Below, in pieces: positions 18,467 to 29,092 of a DNA stretch of 32,000 nt. Within the stretch, counting starts at the first letter, position 1; every line of letters begins with the position of its first letter. Source of the DNA: Candidatus Saccharimonadota bacterium (GTDB lineage Bacteria; Patescibacteriota; Gracilibacteria; Absconditabacterales; Absconditicoccaceae); contig OZ246420.1 of NCBI GenBank assembly GCA_965231145.1, positions 120,001-152,000 of the forward strand. Reading direction: 5' to 3'. The notes under the pieces are model-generated. The model had not been told where the DNA came from and did no database searches. It was given only the letters and a program-made list of their open reading frames with translations. The position numbers and the translations under genes were made by a program.

Positions 18467-20947
18467 ATGACTTTGTTTAATCACTTCCTTGAAATTGGTT
18501 ATATGCAAGAAGTAGTATGAATTTTAGTTGGTATAGTAGCCTTATGGCTGATAAGTGTGTGACTCTATAGGTCATATATTTTGCAGTGGAAGAAAAGATA
18601 TGGATTACAAAAAGCGCATGAGTTAAGATTTCTACAGGTGAAAATTCCACAGAAGAACTCTGATCAGGACCAGAAAAATGACAACATCCAAAATATGAAA
18701 CAGAATATTGAAGTCATGAACCAGGTGATGAAAAATTTCTATGCGGTCTATTCGAAAAAGTGGAAAGCGAACTTTCTCGTGCAGAACTACGTGAGTCTGG
18801 AGATGCTCGTGGAGAAAGAGATGATTAAGTTTATTATCGGGGTTCCGAAAGATTATATCGATACGATGGAGAAAAGTATCTCATCCTTTTATCCTGGTTC
18901 GGTGATCGACTTTATTGATCAGCCTAAACTTCTTGATGCCGGGAAGTATGTCGGGGGTGGAACGTTTAAGCTTTCAAAGAAAGATGCCTTCCCGATAAAG
19001 ACTTATGAAGCATTTGAAGCAGATCCGATGGAGTCTATTGTCTCTGCGTTTTCACGTGTCGACAATGATGAAAAGCTGTGCTTACAAATTCTTCTCGCGC
19101 CGGTTTCGGAGAAGGAACAGCAGAACATGAGAAAGACCATAGATGATATTAAAGAATGAAAAAAGAAAGAAAGTTTCTGGTCGATGCTGAAAAATATCAA
19201 ACCAAAGAGTGAGAAAAAAGAGGATAAGCCCGAGAAAAAAAATACGAAGTACTCATCTCAGCAGATGAGTGATCTCGATAAGAAAACAGAAGACGAGCTC
19301 TACAATGTGACGATCAAAGCGCTTGCCGTGTCTCCACATCCACATCGTATCGACATCATCTTAAATGATCTCGCCCGTAGTATGAGCCAGTACGCGTATG
19401 TTGGACTCAATACGCTCTGATTTAGCAAGGTGAAGACTGACCTTATCGGCGAGTTTACAGCGGCTTTTGTAAACAGGCTTTTTGACAAAGGGGAAACAGT
19501 GACATCGTTCGTCAAGCGTCAGCTGCTCAATATCAAAGAACTTTCATCTATTTTTCACTTTCCACATTTCCGTTTCAATCGTTCGCCACGTATTAAGTGG
19601 CAGACATATAAGATCGTGCCAGCTCCGGAAGGAGTACCAAGTGAAGGACTGGAGCTTGGATACAACTTATTCGCAGGTGTAAAAAGGGTTATTAAGTTAA
19701 AAGATAAAGATAGATTTCGTCACTTCTATATTATCGGACAGACGGGTACAGGTAAGTCGTCGATCATGGTGACGATGATTAAGCAAGATATGGAAAAGAA
19801 GCGTGGCTTTATGGTGATCGATCCCCATGGAGAACTTTGTGAAACAGTTATGCAATACTTCCCGAAGGAGCGCATAGATGATCTCGTCTATTTCGATGCG
19901 TCGAATATGGACTTTCCATTTGGTCTCAATATTTTCACTGCGCAAAACGAAGACGAAAGAAACCTTATCGTGAGTGATCTTATCGATATGTTCGTGGGTA
20001 TGTACGGTGAAGAAGTGTTTGGTCCGCGTATACAAGATTACTTTTCAAACGCTGCGCTTATGCTTATGGAGCAGCCGGAAGGCGGAACGCTTACGGAGAT
20101 CGTTCGTGTATTTACGGATCCTGCATTTCAAAAAGTGAAACTGAAAAACGTTACCAATCCTGTCGTTCGTAGCTGGTGGGAAAGAACCTATGCAGCCATG
20201 GGTGATCGTGAAAAGGGTGAGATGATTCCATTCTTCCAGGCGAAGTTCGGACCGTTTATTACCAATGGTATCGTGCGTAATATTCTCGGACAACCAAAGT
20301 CATCATTTGATATGTCACAGATCATGCAGGAAGGAAAGGTTATTCTCGTCAATCTTTCAAAAGGATTGCTCGGTGATTTCAACTCACAACTTCTCGGTCG
20401 TATGCTTGTCACGCAGGTGAAGGTAGCGGCTCTTCGCCGCGCAGGTATGCCAGAGCATGAACGTGTTCCGTTCTTCTTGTATGTGGATGAAATGCAAAAC
20501 TATGTTTCGAAGTCTATCGAATCAGTGCTTTCCGAAGCTCGTAAATATAAGCTTGGTATGATCATGGCGCATCAGTATATCGACCAACTTAAGCAACATA
20601 GCATCGGAGGAGACAGCGACCTTTCAAAAGCGATCTTTGGTAACGTTGGAAACATGCTGACGTATCGTGTAGGTCCAAATGATGCAGAGTTCCTCGAGAA
20701 GCAATTCTCTCCGGTCTTCAGTCAGCAGGATCTTATGAACCTCGACCAGTTCAAATGTTGTTTTAAGATGGAAGTAGACGGTCAGTCTATCCCGCCATTT
20801 AGCATGAACTGTATTAAGTTCTTCCAGGAGTATCAGACGATGAACACACCAGAGAAGATCGCTATCATGAAACAGATTTCTGCACTCAAATATGGTAGAA
20901 AGAGAGACCTCGTAGAGAAGGAAATTTATTATAGAGTTGGAGTGTAA
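18467..20947 (+). CDS. membrane-anchored P-loop ATPase, type IV coupling protein (VirD4/TraD)-like, FtsK/HerA superfamily
   Basis: Track ORFs 18581.., 19184.. and 19430.. share one frame, joined by TGA at 19157 and 19418, with two more TGA at 18518 and 18560. The N-terminus has a TM helix. Walker A IIGQTGTGKSS, DPHGEL, Walker B FFLYVDEMQNY, and ARKYKLGMIMAHQ. Confidence 0.7.
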
Positions 20948-21020
20948 ATTTATTTTATATTTTGTATTCTATATTTTATATTATAAAAGGAAGCCGTCCG
21001 AGAGGGCAGTTTTTTTATTA

Positions 21021-21050
21021 AAAAAAAACCACCGGTATGACAGGTGGTTT
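21021..21050 (-). terminator. rho-independent terminator (usable from both strands)
   Basis: A8 followed by the arms ccaccgg and caggtgg, then TTT. On the minus strand the hairpin is followed by T8. Confidence 0.7.
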
Positions 21051-21069
21051 ATTAATCTATTATCTGTTC

Positions 21070-21666
21070 TCATTCGCTTTCATCAAGGCATAGCTTTACG
21101 AGCTTAGGCAGGGCGTGTATGTCCCGTATAAGTTCGGAATGCATATTCCTGAATACACCTTCATGTTTTTTTACTTCCTTAGCAAAAAAGCCATTTTGCC
21201 CCATCTTATCTTGCGTTCTACGATATTGCTCGCGTCCGATTCCCTCGTATTGAGGTATACCCAGGAGAGGAATATTCTTATGCTGGCAGTAGTGTAGCAG
21301 GTCTATATATGGATGCCCTGTCCCGCCAATGCATATTGCCAGGTCTATAGTTTCGCTGTTCAAGATCGCGTTAACGCGATCCTGTGCGAACTGTATAGGG
21401 GGACAATTCATTAGCCTCAGGTAGTCAGTATGAATATACGGATAGTATGTATGTATGTCTTTTTCCGCAATGCCGTGCGAGAGTGCGTATAATGTTACTG
21501 CGGTGCTCATGTACTGGTTAAAACTGATGCCATCCGTGTTTATAAATCGTACATGGTTTTCTCTCAGTATCTGTTGGAATAACAATATGTATTCCCTAGC
21601 ATTTTGATCTGCGAGCAACCGACCTTTTGATGCGCCGAAGAAGAGGATGTTTTTTCTTTGTGTCAT
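21070..21666 (-). CDS. Rossmann-like protein with YpsA/LOG/DprA (SLOG)-like motif order, paralogue 1 of 3
   Basis: NILFFGAS...VRFINTDGISFNQYMSTAVTLYAL...DLAICIGGTGHPYIDLL...NIPLLGIP. It ends in TGA 21070-21072 just before the terminator. No internal TGA. Confidence 0.4.
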   Translation of the reverse strand: MTQRKNILFFGASKGRLLADQNAREYILLFQQILRENHVRFINTDGISFNQYMSTAVTLYALSHGIAEKDIHTYYPYIHTDYLRLMNCPPIQFAQDRVNAILNSETIDLAICIGGTGHPYIDLLHYCQHKNIPLLGIPQYEGIGREQYRRTQDKMGQNGFFAKEVKKHEGVFRNMHSELIRDIHALPKLVKLCLDESE

Positions 21667-21685
21667 AGTATTGTATTTTAGTTTT

Positions 21686-22318
21686 TTAGTTTGTGAGTTT
21701 GAATTCGATAATAGATCTTTCTACAATAGGCCTAAATGAACCTATGCCGGCATCTTTTTGTTCAGCCATGAAAGCAAGAAATAAATCAGCGTCTGTCATG
21801 AGTTCATACATGGTATGTGCGTATGTCCCTGGCTTTGGCATGGTCTTCAGAAGCTCTTTGTAGAGCTGTAAACCTTTGTTCATCGCCTCAATCCCTTCTT
21901 CATAAGGGATGCCCACAACTGGAATAGCTCCATCTGCGGCCATATATATTTGTTCGCTGCAGCCATGAGACTCGCCGATGAAAACTATCAGGGCTGGTTT
22001 AGCCGCCTTGACGATATTTTCACCGATAAGCCGCGAAATAAGTGAGTCAGGCTCATCTTTTGTCTCTGCGATAGCATTTGCAGGAGCATCTATATACACT
22101 TCCATGTAGTCATGTATGGAACGGCTTTTGTCTGCTAATACATACGACCATACAGCAATAGAAATATATTTATCTATGTACAGACCTGCTGCATTTATAA
22201 TGCATACATTTTCTGTAGAGAGGAGTGTTGTGATGGCTCGCATGAAGGTAAGCTTTTCATTTTCCGTCATGCTCTTTGATAGTGATCCGAGGATCATTAA
22301 TCTGATTTTTCCGTTCAT
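21686..22318 (-). CDS. Rossmann-like protein with YpsA/LOG/DprA (SLOG)-like motif order, paralogue 2 of 3
   Basis: RLMILGSL...VCIINAAGLYIDKYISIAVWSYVL...ALIVFIGESHGCSEQIY...AIPVVGIP. TAA stop. There is a 19-nt gap to paralogue 1. Confidence 0.4.
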   Translation of the reverse strand: MNGKIRLMILGSLSKSMTENEKLTFMRAITTLLSTENVCIINAAGLYIDKYISIAVWSYVLADKSRSIHDYMEVYIDAPANAIAETKDEPDSLISRLIGENIVKAAKPALIVFIGESHGCSEQIYMAADGAIPVVGIPYEEGIEAMNKGLQLYKELLKTMPKPGTYAHTMYELMTDADLFLAFMAEQKDAGIGSFRPIVERSIIEFKLTN

Positions 22319-22348
22319 TGTGTTTATCTTTTTTTGGTTTAGAATGAG

Positions 22349-22376
22349 ATTTTATGATTAAATATTTGGATGTCAA
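22349..22376 (-). promoter_or_regulatory. promoter TTGACA-16 nt-TAAAAT (minus strand)
   Basis: The -35 box is at 22371-22376 and the -10 box at 22349-22354. Confidence 0.5.
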
Positions 22377-22394
22377 GACTGAAAATGAGTGTGT

Positions 22395-23345
22395 TTAGAA
22401 AATTTTGTCGTATATCATAAGAGCTTGTTGTGCGATTTTCTTTAGCTCTTCTGGTGCAGAGATAAAGACATTTTCACCGTGTGCTCTATAAGCATTAAGC
22501 CCAGAAGTTTCAAATTCTACAGAGTCGTCGTAAAAAGTGATAATAGTAAATCAGTCTTTTTTACTCACAGAGATTTGATCTTTTACGTGTTCAAAAAATG
22601 CATCATCTGTTTTATTCTCTTTAAAAAGCTTGGTTGTTCTTAGTAAGAGTGACTGTGCATAGTCACTGAACATGCCGAATTCTCCTGTGAATAGATTGAT
22701 GCCGGTTTTATTGAGTTTGTCTGTTTTAAAATAAAATAGTTTATCTCCAACATGTACAAACGTTCCTTTTTGTTCCACAAGGCTTTCGGTAAACGTTTTT
22801 AGAGCAGTATCTGTGCAATACCCTGCATTTAATAGGTATTCAAAAGTATAAGAAAAAACTTGTTTTATATGAGGAGGGAGGGTTTGATAGTTTGCTTCTT
22901 TTAGATAGGTCTTTATACGATGTGATTTTATCTCATTTTTCTCCCCCCAATCAAAATCCTTTCAAAAACTAAAATGATATAGTTTCTCAAAATGATGTTC
23001 GGGGATATGTTCTATGATGCTCATATAGAGACCATTTTTAACTTCAGTGATCAGAAAATCAGGATTGTTTATAAGGAGCTTTTGGAGTCTTTGTAATACT
23101 GTATCTGTTTGGATGCGAAAAAATTTATAATTATATTTTTCCTTTCGTAGATCGGAGCATTTCGTTGTATTCAAGACTAGATCTGTATCCGCCGCAAGAT
23201 CTGCATCTGAGGGGTATTCACTACCAAAAAAAATATCGTTCCCTTCCAGAAGGGCCGCTACATCACATTGTATTTTATTTTCAGGCTCCTTTGTTTCTTC
23301 TTCGAGAGGAGAGCTTCCTAATACGTCCATAATGTGGGCAAACAT
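22395..23345 (-). CDS. hypothetical protein (code 25)
   Basis: Track ORFs 22962..23381 and 22551..22778 are in one frame, joined through TGA 22962-22964 and 22551-22553, ending at TAA 22395-22397. ATG 23345 is the chosen start (a TTG at 23381 is possible). No homology recognised. Confidence 0.5.
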
Positions 23346-23622
23346 AAAAACTGATTTTATCTTTATATTTGTATATGTCAATAAAACTGTGAAGACAGAT
23401 GATAAGATTTTTTCTTAGTTTTGTCGGTTTTTTTCGTGAAAGAGAAAAGTAGAAGATGATTGTTTTTTAAGGGTGAAATTGAATGATATTTATTCTGCTC
23501 CCTTAGTTCAATAAAAAACACCGAAATATGATAACTCTTGGTGGGCGAGAATAAACTAGATTTGGTTGATGTTGTATGATAGTGCGACAATAATAAGCTG
23601 TTTTATCTTATTAATAAATAAT

Positions 23623-25404
23623 ATGAATTCCTTAGAGCTACAGAAAAAACATGCAAAAATTTATGAAACTTTCTTTACAAATAATTCTATTGTAGTCTCT
23701 GCTCCTTTTTTGATTAATCGATCTGGAGACTTACATCCGGATTTTAGTGGTGTAAGTATAAAACAAAAGTTGCCCTTACGTTTGTATATATGAATTCATC
23801 AGAATAGCTTATGAGAGAATAAAATATGACAAACATTCTCGTATGATTACCAAGATGATGTTTTTGAAAAATATGAAGGAGAAAACTATGCTGCTTATGG
23901 AATGCTATTGCTGCAAGAGATAAATAAAAAAATTCCAAAAGATTTATGAGGAATTACAATTAATATTTTAACAGAAGTCCCTAGGACTCTTTGACTTTGA
24001 TATAACTCTATACTTTCTCTTTGCCTTAGTGTGATAATTACATTTTTGAACGATAAAGAGTCGTTTCATGAAATACTTTCCTTACCTAAGGCTCATATTC
24101 AAAATTCACTAGAAAATAGTAAGACACTTAATAAGTTGATTTCGACTTCTATGGAGCTTGATGCTGTTATTAATGGTAAGATGTGAGTCTCACTTAAGAT
24201 TTCAAGTTTCTTTGATGGATATTATCCAACAGTTTCTTTTAAAGATAGGTCTGAACATATTATTCAATATAAGGATTTGTCAAATGTGGGTTTCTATGGA
24301 TTAAGGATGAATGAAATACGAGAGCATTTACAAGATGTATCTTTCCCTTTTGACTTTTGAATTATTATTTCTGATAAGCCTATTTTAAGAGAAAATTTAA
24401 AAAATATAGATCATGTGTCGAATATATCTATAGAGGAAAAAAAACATTTAAAATCGGTTTTTGATAAAATAATTCCCAAGAATAAGGCGTCGGCGGAAAG
24501 GGGACCCAAATTTTATCATTTTCTTGATGGTTTAAAAGATAATGTATATAGTGCTTATGGTTTAATGATGTGAGCTATAAGTATAGAAACACTAAATATT
24601 TTTGGTAAAATTCTTTCTTCTTATTATAATCATGACGTTCTTTGAAGTTTCTTATCTACTATTAATAAAATCAGATATGGAAATAATATAGTTAGAAGAT
24701 CTTCTCACGATTTTTTATGATTTATAGACAGTTTTTTGTCTATTATTAATCTTCCTTCTTCTGAATTTGCGGTTTTCCCGAATGACACGCTAATTATGTG
24801 ATGAACACTGACTTATGCTTCGTCATCAGTAAAAAATAGAAATGTAGTTACTTCTTCGATAGAAAAAATTAAGACCTCTCATTCTTGAGCTGGAATATTG
24901 TATTCTAATTTTTCCGATGGAATAGCCCATAAAGGGCTTATTATAGAGCAGTATATAGGTAATGAAGTTTTTTCTAAACACTTCATTGGCAATTCGTGGG
25001 AGCTACAGGATTATACTGGAAAAAGAACGATAGGAGACTTTAACTGCTTGGTTAATAAGGAAGAATATGATCTTATACTGGATGTGTTTAATGGGAAGAT
25101 TTATCATAAAGGCCAAAAACTTACTTCTCAAGATTTGAGTTCGCAATCTACTACGATAGAGCTTGTTAAATTGCTTTTCTCTTCTCCAACTAAAGAAATA
25201 TTGAATAAGGATATGTCGTCTTCTAGTTATTCAAAAAATAAAAATGAAATGACTAGCAAAATTATTGTCCCTCTTGAGAGATGGGTGAAAGACACTATAG
25301 GAAAGGATTGCATTATTAAAGCCTCTGGCTCTCTCTCAGAATATTCTATCTATATCAAATATAATAGCTTGAGGATTGCTTTTTTAGATAAAAAGAAATT
25401 GTAA
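23623..25404 (+). CDS. GHMP-kinase-like domain fused to a C-terminal OmpR/PhoB-type winged-helix domain
   Basis: All codons 23791-24900 were read by hand: 14 TGA-Gly and no TAA/TAG. The GHMP motifs are VVSAPFLINRSGDL, EVPRTL(G)L(G)YNSILSL (the PxGSGLGSS-like motif) and IM(G)(G)TLTYA. The C-terminus LDVFNGKIYHKGQKLTSQDL..IELVKLL....IIVPLERWVKDTIG..IIKASGSL.EYSIYI follows the Trans_reg_C pattern. Confidence 0.55.
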
Positions 25405-25517
25405 ATTCTTATTTTTTCCATTTTTTTCTCTAAACATAAAAATATCTTTTCGGAGAACTTTTATAGTGGTTTCTTAGAATAAGTATCAAATATTTTATTT
25501 GTTCATTAATTTTTTTA

Positions 25518-26210
25518 ATGAATACGCTTACCATAGGTTTTGAATGATTACATAGATCTTGAAAGGGCACTCAGATGGAGCTTCTAAAAAATCACCTCAA
25601 TAATAAACTTATAGAAACTATTTCTATTAGGTGAGAATATTATAGAAAATGAAATTGAAATTGAGATTTTTTTGATCCCTATTCTAAACGATGGCAAAAT
25701 AATTGGAATAATGACGAAATTAATTTTGAAAAATCTCAGAGAATAAATAGAGAAATCAAGATTTTATTCGATAAGATTTTGCCGGCTCTTTCTGAAAAAA
25801 CATGAATAAAAGACTTTGCGGTTTTATTCGATAGAACAGTTGTTTCTAGATATTTTATAGATTCTTTATCTCAAGAAAATGTTTCATTTCAACACATAAA
25901 ACACATTTATACGAAATCTTGAAAGTTAATTGAGAAAATTGTGCCAGATATAATATTTATATTTAAGTGTAATAAAAATGTTTTGTTAAAGAGATTGTTT
26001 TTTGATAAACTTTCTGAAGAGGATTTAATCTATAAAAGACATATTATTTCTATGTTTACAGATAGATTTAATAAGTGTATTGAGGGTGATATGCCTGATG
26101 AGTTAAAAACAAGAATGGTCGTGATTGATGGGAATGCTAGTCCTATTGATATTCACCAAGAGATTATTCAACATTTAAATCCATATATCAATGCATGCAT
26201 ATGACAGTAG
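25518..26210 (+). CDS. thymidylate kinase-like P-loop nucleotide kinase
   Basis: 9 TGA-Gly. P-loop IGFE(G)LHRS(G)KGTQ, a DR-motif-like VLFDRTVVSRYF, and PDIIFIFK. It ends at ..INACI(G)Q TAG 26208-26210. Confidence 0.5.
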
Positions 26211-27388
26211 TGAGTATTAAAGATTTAGATGCAATAAGAGCCATAGAAAGCTATCTTAAGTGATGTGTGAGTTTCGCCATTCCTAAATTTATAACTAGAA
26301 ATATTGCAGTTTTGGTAATGAAATCTAATAGTTTGAAGGTTGCTTGTAAGGAAATTTATTTTTATTTAACTAGCGTGGCACAACAGGGTATAGTAAAAAA
26401 TGCAAATCTGTTATGAAATATAAACAAGATTTTTTTAGACATTGGTGTTGTTAAGTGATTATGGGAGTCTGCACATAATATAGATTATGCTAAGTTAGCT
26501 TTAGAAAAAAAAGCTTTATTGGGAGAGGAGCGAAATGATAAATATGAGCTTTCTCAAAATAAAAATAGATGATTAACAGATCTTTTAAGAAGCTGAATTT
26601 CTATTAAAATAAATGTAAGTACATTAAAAGATATTCAAAAAAAGCCTTCTTGTATAGCGGTTCCATTGATTGAATACTATAGCAATTATAGATTACTACA
26701 AATAAATAATTTCTCCCATTCGAAGCTTTCGCACCTTGTCCATGATTTATTTGATCATCTATATTTTTTCTCAGAGTTAGACAAAGAACAATTCTTTTCA
26801 TTATCTTCATCTTTTTGGTGTAAGGTTGGCAATCCTCAAGAAAGAGATGTTTTTTCTAGAGAGTCTGAGCTGATAGCCTCTATTGCGTATGAACGAAGGT
26901 ATTACTTGCAAAATCAGGAGAAGTTTAATTTATGTTTAAATAATGCTCATATAAGCGCTATGGTGAGCAAAGCTTTTTGAGCCATTAAGAATGAATATAT
27001 TGATAAAATTGAATATATAACTAGAAAGAACATAAGTGTTTATCATATATATTATAATGTCATATGTGAATTATATGAGCAGATTAGAAAAGTTGGGGCA
27101 ATAAAATTAATTAACGATAAATGAGAGTTCGAGGGAGATATAACAATGATGCTAAAAAATGATTATTTAAAAGTGATTATAGATGTGTTATATTTTATTG
27201 CTCACAAAGAAACACAGCTAAAGAAGATGTTATTGAAGATATATTCCTATATAGAATCTTTGATTTATAATAGCTTGAATAGTAGCCTAATAGAATATAA
27301 TTTAGTTATAAATCTGAGTATGCTAAAAACTCATTCCATAAGAAGGACCAAGCATGTTGCTAATTTGAAAAACTTCTTTAATTTATAA
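26201..27388 (+). CDS. hypothetical protein (395 aa, code 25)
   Basis: ATG 26201 overlaps the end of the previous gene (ATGACAGTAG). Track ORFs 26666.. and 27146.. are in the same frame. 7 TGA-Gly. It contains HLVHDLFDH. No family recognised. Confidence 0.5.
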
Positions 27389-27399
27389 ATCCATTACCT

Positions 27400-27984
27400 A
27401 TGAAAATAGAATATGAAGCTAAATTTTTATCTATTAATTTAACTGCTATTCGTAAGGCTTTTAAAGCTATAGGAGCTCATTGTGTTCATCAGAAATTGCT
27501 AATGAAGAGGGTTTTATTTGATCATCCTACCCTTGATAATGCTTTCATTAGAATTAGAGATGAAGGTAATCTTATTACGATGACATGAAAGCACATCGTT
27601 GATTATGAAAAAGTTGATGGCACGAAAGAAGTTGAACTTGAAGTAAATGATTTTAACAATGCAAAAGCCTTTATTAATTTTCTTTGAATCAAAACTAGAT
27701 CCTACCAGGAGACTTATAGAGAAATTCGACAACTGAATGATATAGTCTTCGCTATAGATGAGTGGCCTGGTATAGAACCATTTCTTGAGGTTGAGGGTGC
27801 TAGCGAAGATATAGTAAAATGAATTGCTGAAAAACTCTGACTAGATTTTAATAATGCTTATTTTTGAGCAGTAGATCTTATTTATGAAAAAGTGCTTTGA
27901 ATTTCAAAGAGTGATTTTAACAACTTAAAGTTGATTACTTTTGATAATCCTCCTTATAGGTGAATGGATGTTTATTCCGTTTAA
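27400..27984 (+). CDS. CYTH-domain protein (class IV adenylate cyclase / triphosphatase fold)
   Basis: The N-terminal EYEAKFL matches the ExExK signature. Further motifs: IRIRDEG..ITMT(G)K and IDEWPGIEPFLEVEG. 7 TGA-Gly. TAA at 27982-27984. Confidence 0.65.
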
Positions 27985-28024
27985 TATTAAGTTTGTACAA
28001 TGTAATTTATTCTTACTATACGAG

Positions 28025-28567
28025 ATGTCTAGATGAAATATAACATTAGTAATAAAGGATGAATATTTGCTGTTTTCTGATAGATTACAAGAAATGCATA
28101 GGGAAAAAGAAGAGATTGCTCAATTGTGAAGAGATGCGAATTTGCAATGAAGTGAAACCTTTGGACATGATAATCCTATTCTTGAATCTAAGCATGAAAA
28201 GTCTATGCTGCTGTCTATGCAAAGATCGAAATTTGCTGAAATAGAGAGGCACTTGTCGACATGTCTTATCACTACTGAAGAAGAGATTTCAAAAAGAAAA
28301 CAAAGTGAATTAATAGAATTTGGTAAAATCTCTATAGATGTTTGATCAATCGTCAAATTGAAAATAGCGGACTCGCTTCAAGAGAGCGAATTTCTTATAA
28401 CGGGACTTACCCAAGGAACAAAAATAACTTTTATGTGAAAAAAATATTTAACCATATGTGCGACCTCTCCAATACGAGCATGAATAAATTGAAAATACGC
28501 GGGGGAGGAGGGATTTTTCTTTCATGATTGAAAAAAGAAGTTAATATCAATTATAGATGTAAAATAA
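28025..28567 (+). CDS. greA: GreA/GreB-family transcript cleavage factor-like protein
   Basis: 7 TGA-Gly. A coiled-coil N-terminus (..RLQEMHREKEEIAQL(G)RDANLQ(G)SETFGHDNP..). The C-terminal FKBP-like part IEFGKISIDV(G)SIVKL...ICATSPIRA(G)IN(G)KYAGEE parallels SPIARALIGK. Confidence 0.6.
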
Positions 28568-28620
28568 ATTTCAAATAGTTGTCTTGTAAATATATTTCTT
28601 TGTTCTAGACTTCAGACAAC

Positions 28621-28643
28621 AAAAAACCTCCTGAAACAGGAGG
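28621..28643 (-). terminator. rho-independent terminator
   Basis: A6 followed by the arms cctcctg and caggagg with loop aaa. On the minus strand the hairpin is followed by T6. Confidence 0.7.
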
Positions 28644-28666
28644 CTTGTTTAATGTGGGGAATGTTG

Positions 28667-28984
28667 TTAGTCTTCAGGAAGTTCGGTTACTTTTTCGCCT
28701 TCTTCCAGAATTTTGTTGTACAGTTCTTCAGCGATCTCTTTTGAGCCTTCGGCGTGTGCCTGGTCTTTGTCGTCATACATGTTTTTATCGTCTAAATCTT
28801 TTGGGAAGTAGACGCAGGCAACACTTTTTTCCGACAGTTCAGGTATTTCACCGGAAATGCAGAGGATGGCGTCATCCGTTTGTTCCTTTTGTAGAATGCC
28901 GAACTCTTTGTAAAGAGGACTGTCTGTCGGGATTCGCACGAAATAACAAGTGGCGAATAATTGTTGGATATTATTTATATGCAT
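28667..28984 (-). CDS. small acidic cytoplasmic protein, unknown function
   Basis: The start was set at ATG 28984 (MHINNIQQLF..). 105 aa with an Asp/Glu-rich C-terminal half. TAA stop. Confidence 0.5.
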   Translation of the reverse strand: MHINNIQQLFATCYFVRIPTDSPLYKEFGILQKEQTDDAILCISGEIPELSEKSVACVYFPKDLDDKNMYDDKDQAHAEGSKEIAEELYNKILEEGEKVTELPED

Positions 28985-29004
28985 ATAGATGTGTTTAGGT
29001 TTCA

Positions 29005-29032
29005 ATATTACTACTGAGAGAGTGTAAGTCAA
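29005..29032 (-). promoter_or_regulatory. promoter TTGACT-16 nt-TAATAT (minus strand)
   Basis: The -35 box is at 29027-29032 and the -10 box at 29005-29010. Confidence 0.5.
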
Positions 29033-29050
29033 TATCTCCTTTTTTGTATA

Positions 29051-29073
29051 AAAAAACTGCTGAGGATCAGCAG
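29051..29073 (-). terminator. rho-independent terminator
   Basis: A6 followed by the arms ctgctga and tcagcag with loop gga. Confidence 0.7.
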
Positions 29074-29092
29074 TGAATAGAATGGGATTGTG

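Larger units (their letters stand above)
21021..22376. other. TGA-free block C (minimum extent)
   Basis: A bicistronic unit of two paralogous genes (198 + 210 codons, no internal TGA) with one promoter and one terminator. It is wedged between two convergent code-25 genes. Confidence 0.7.

Noticed and set aside
23378-23590. A 70-aa minus-strand ORF in the divergent intergenic region
   Set aside because: It lies in AT-rich promoter DNA, is low-complexity (Ser/Lys/Thr runs), and has no start context or homology.
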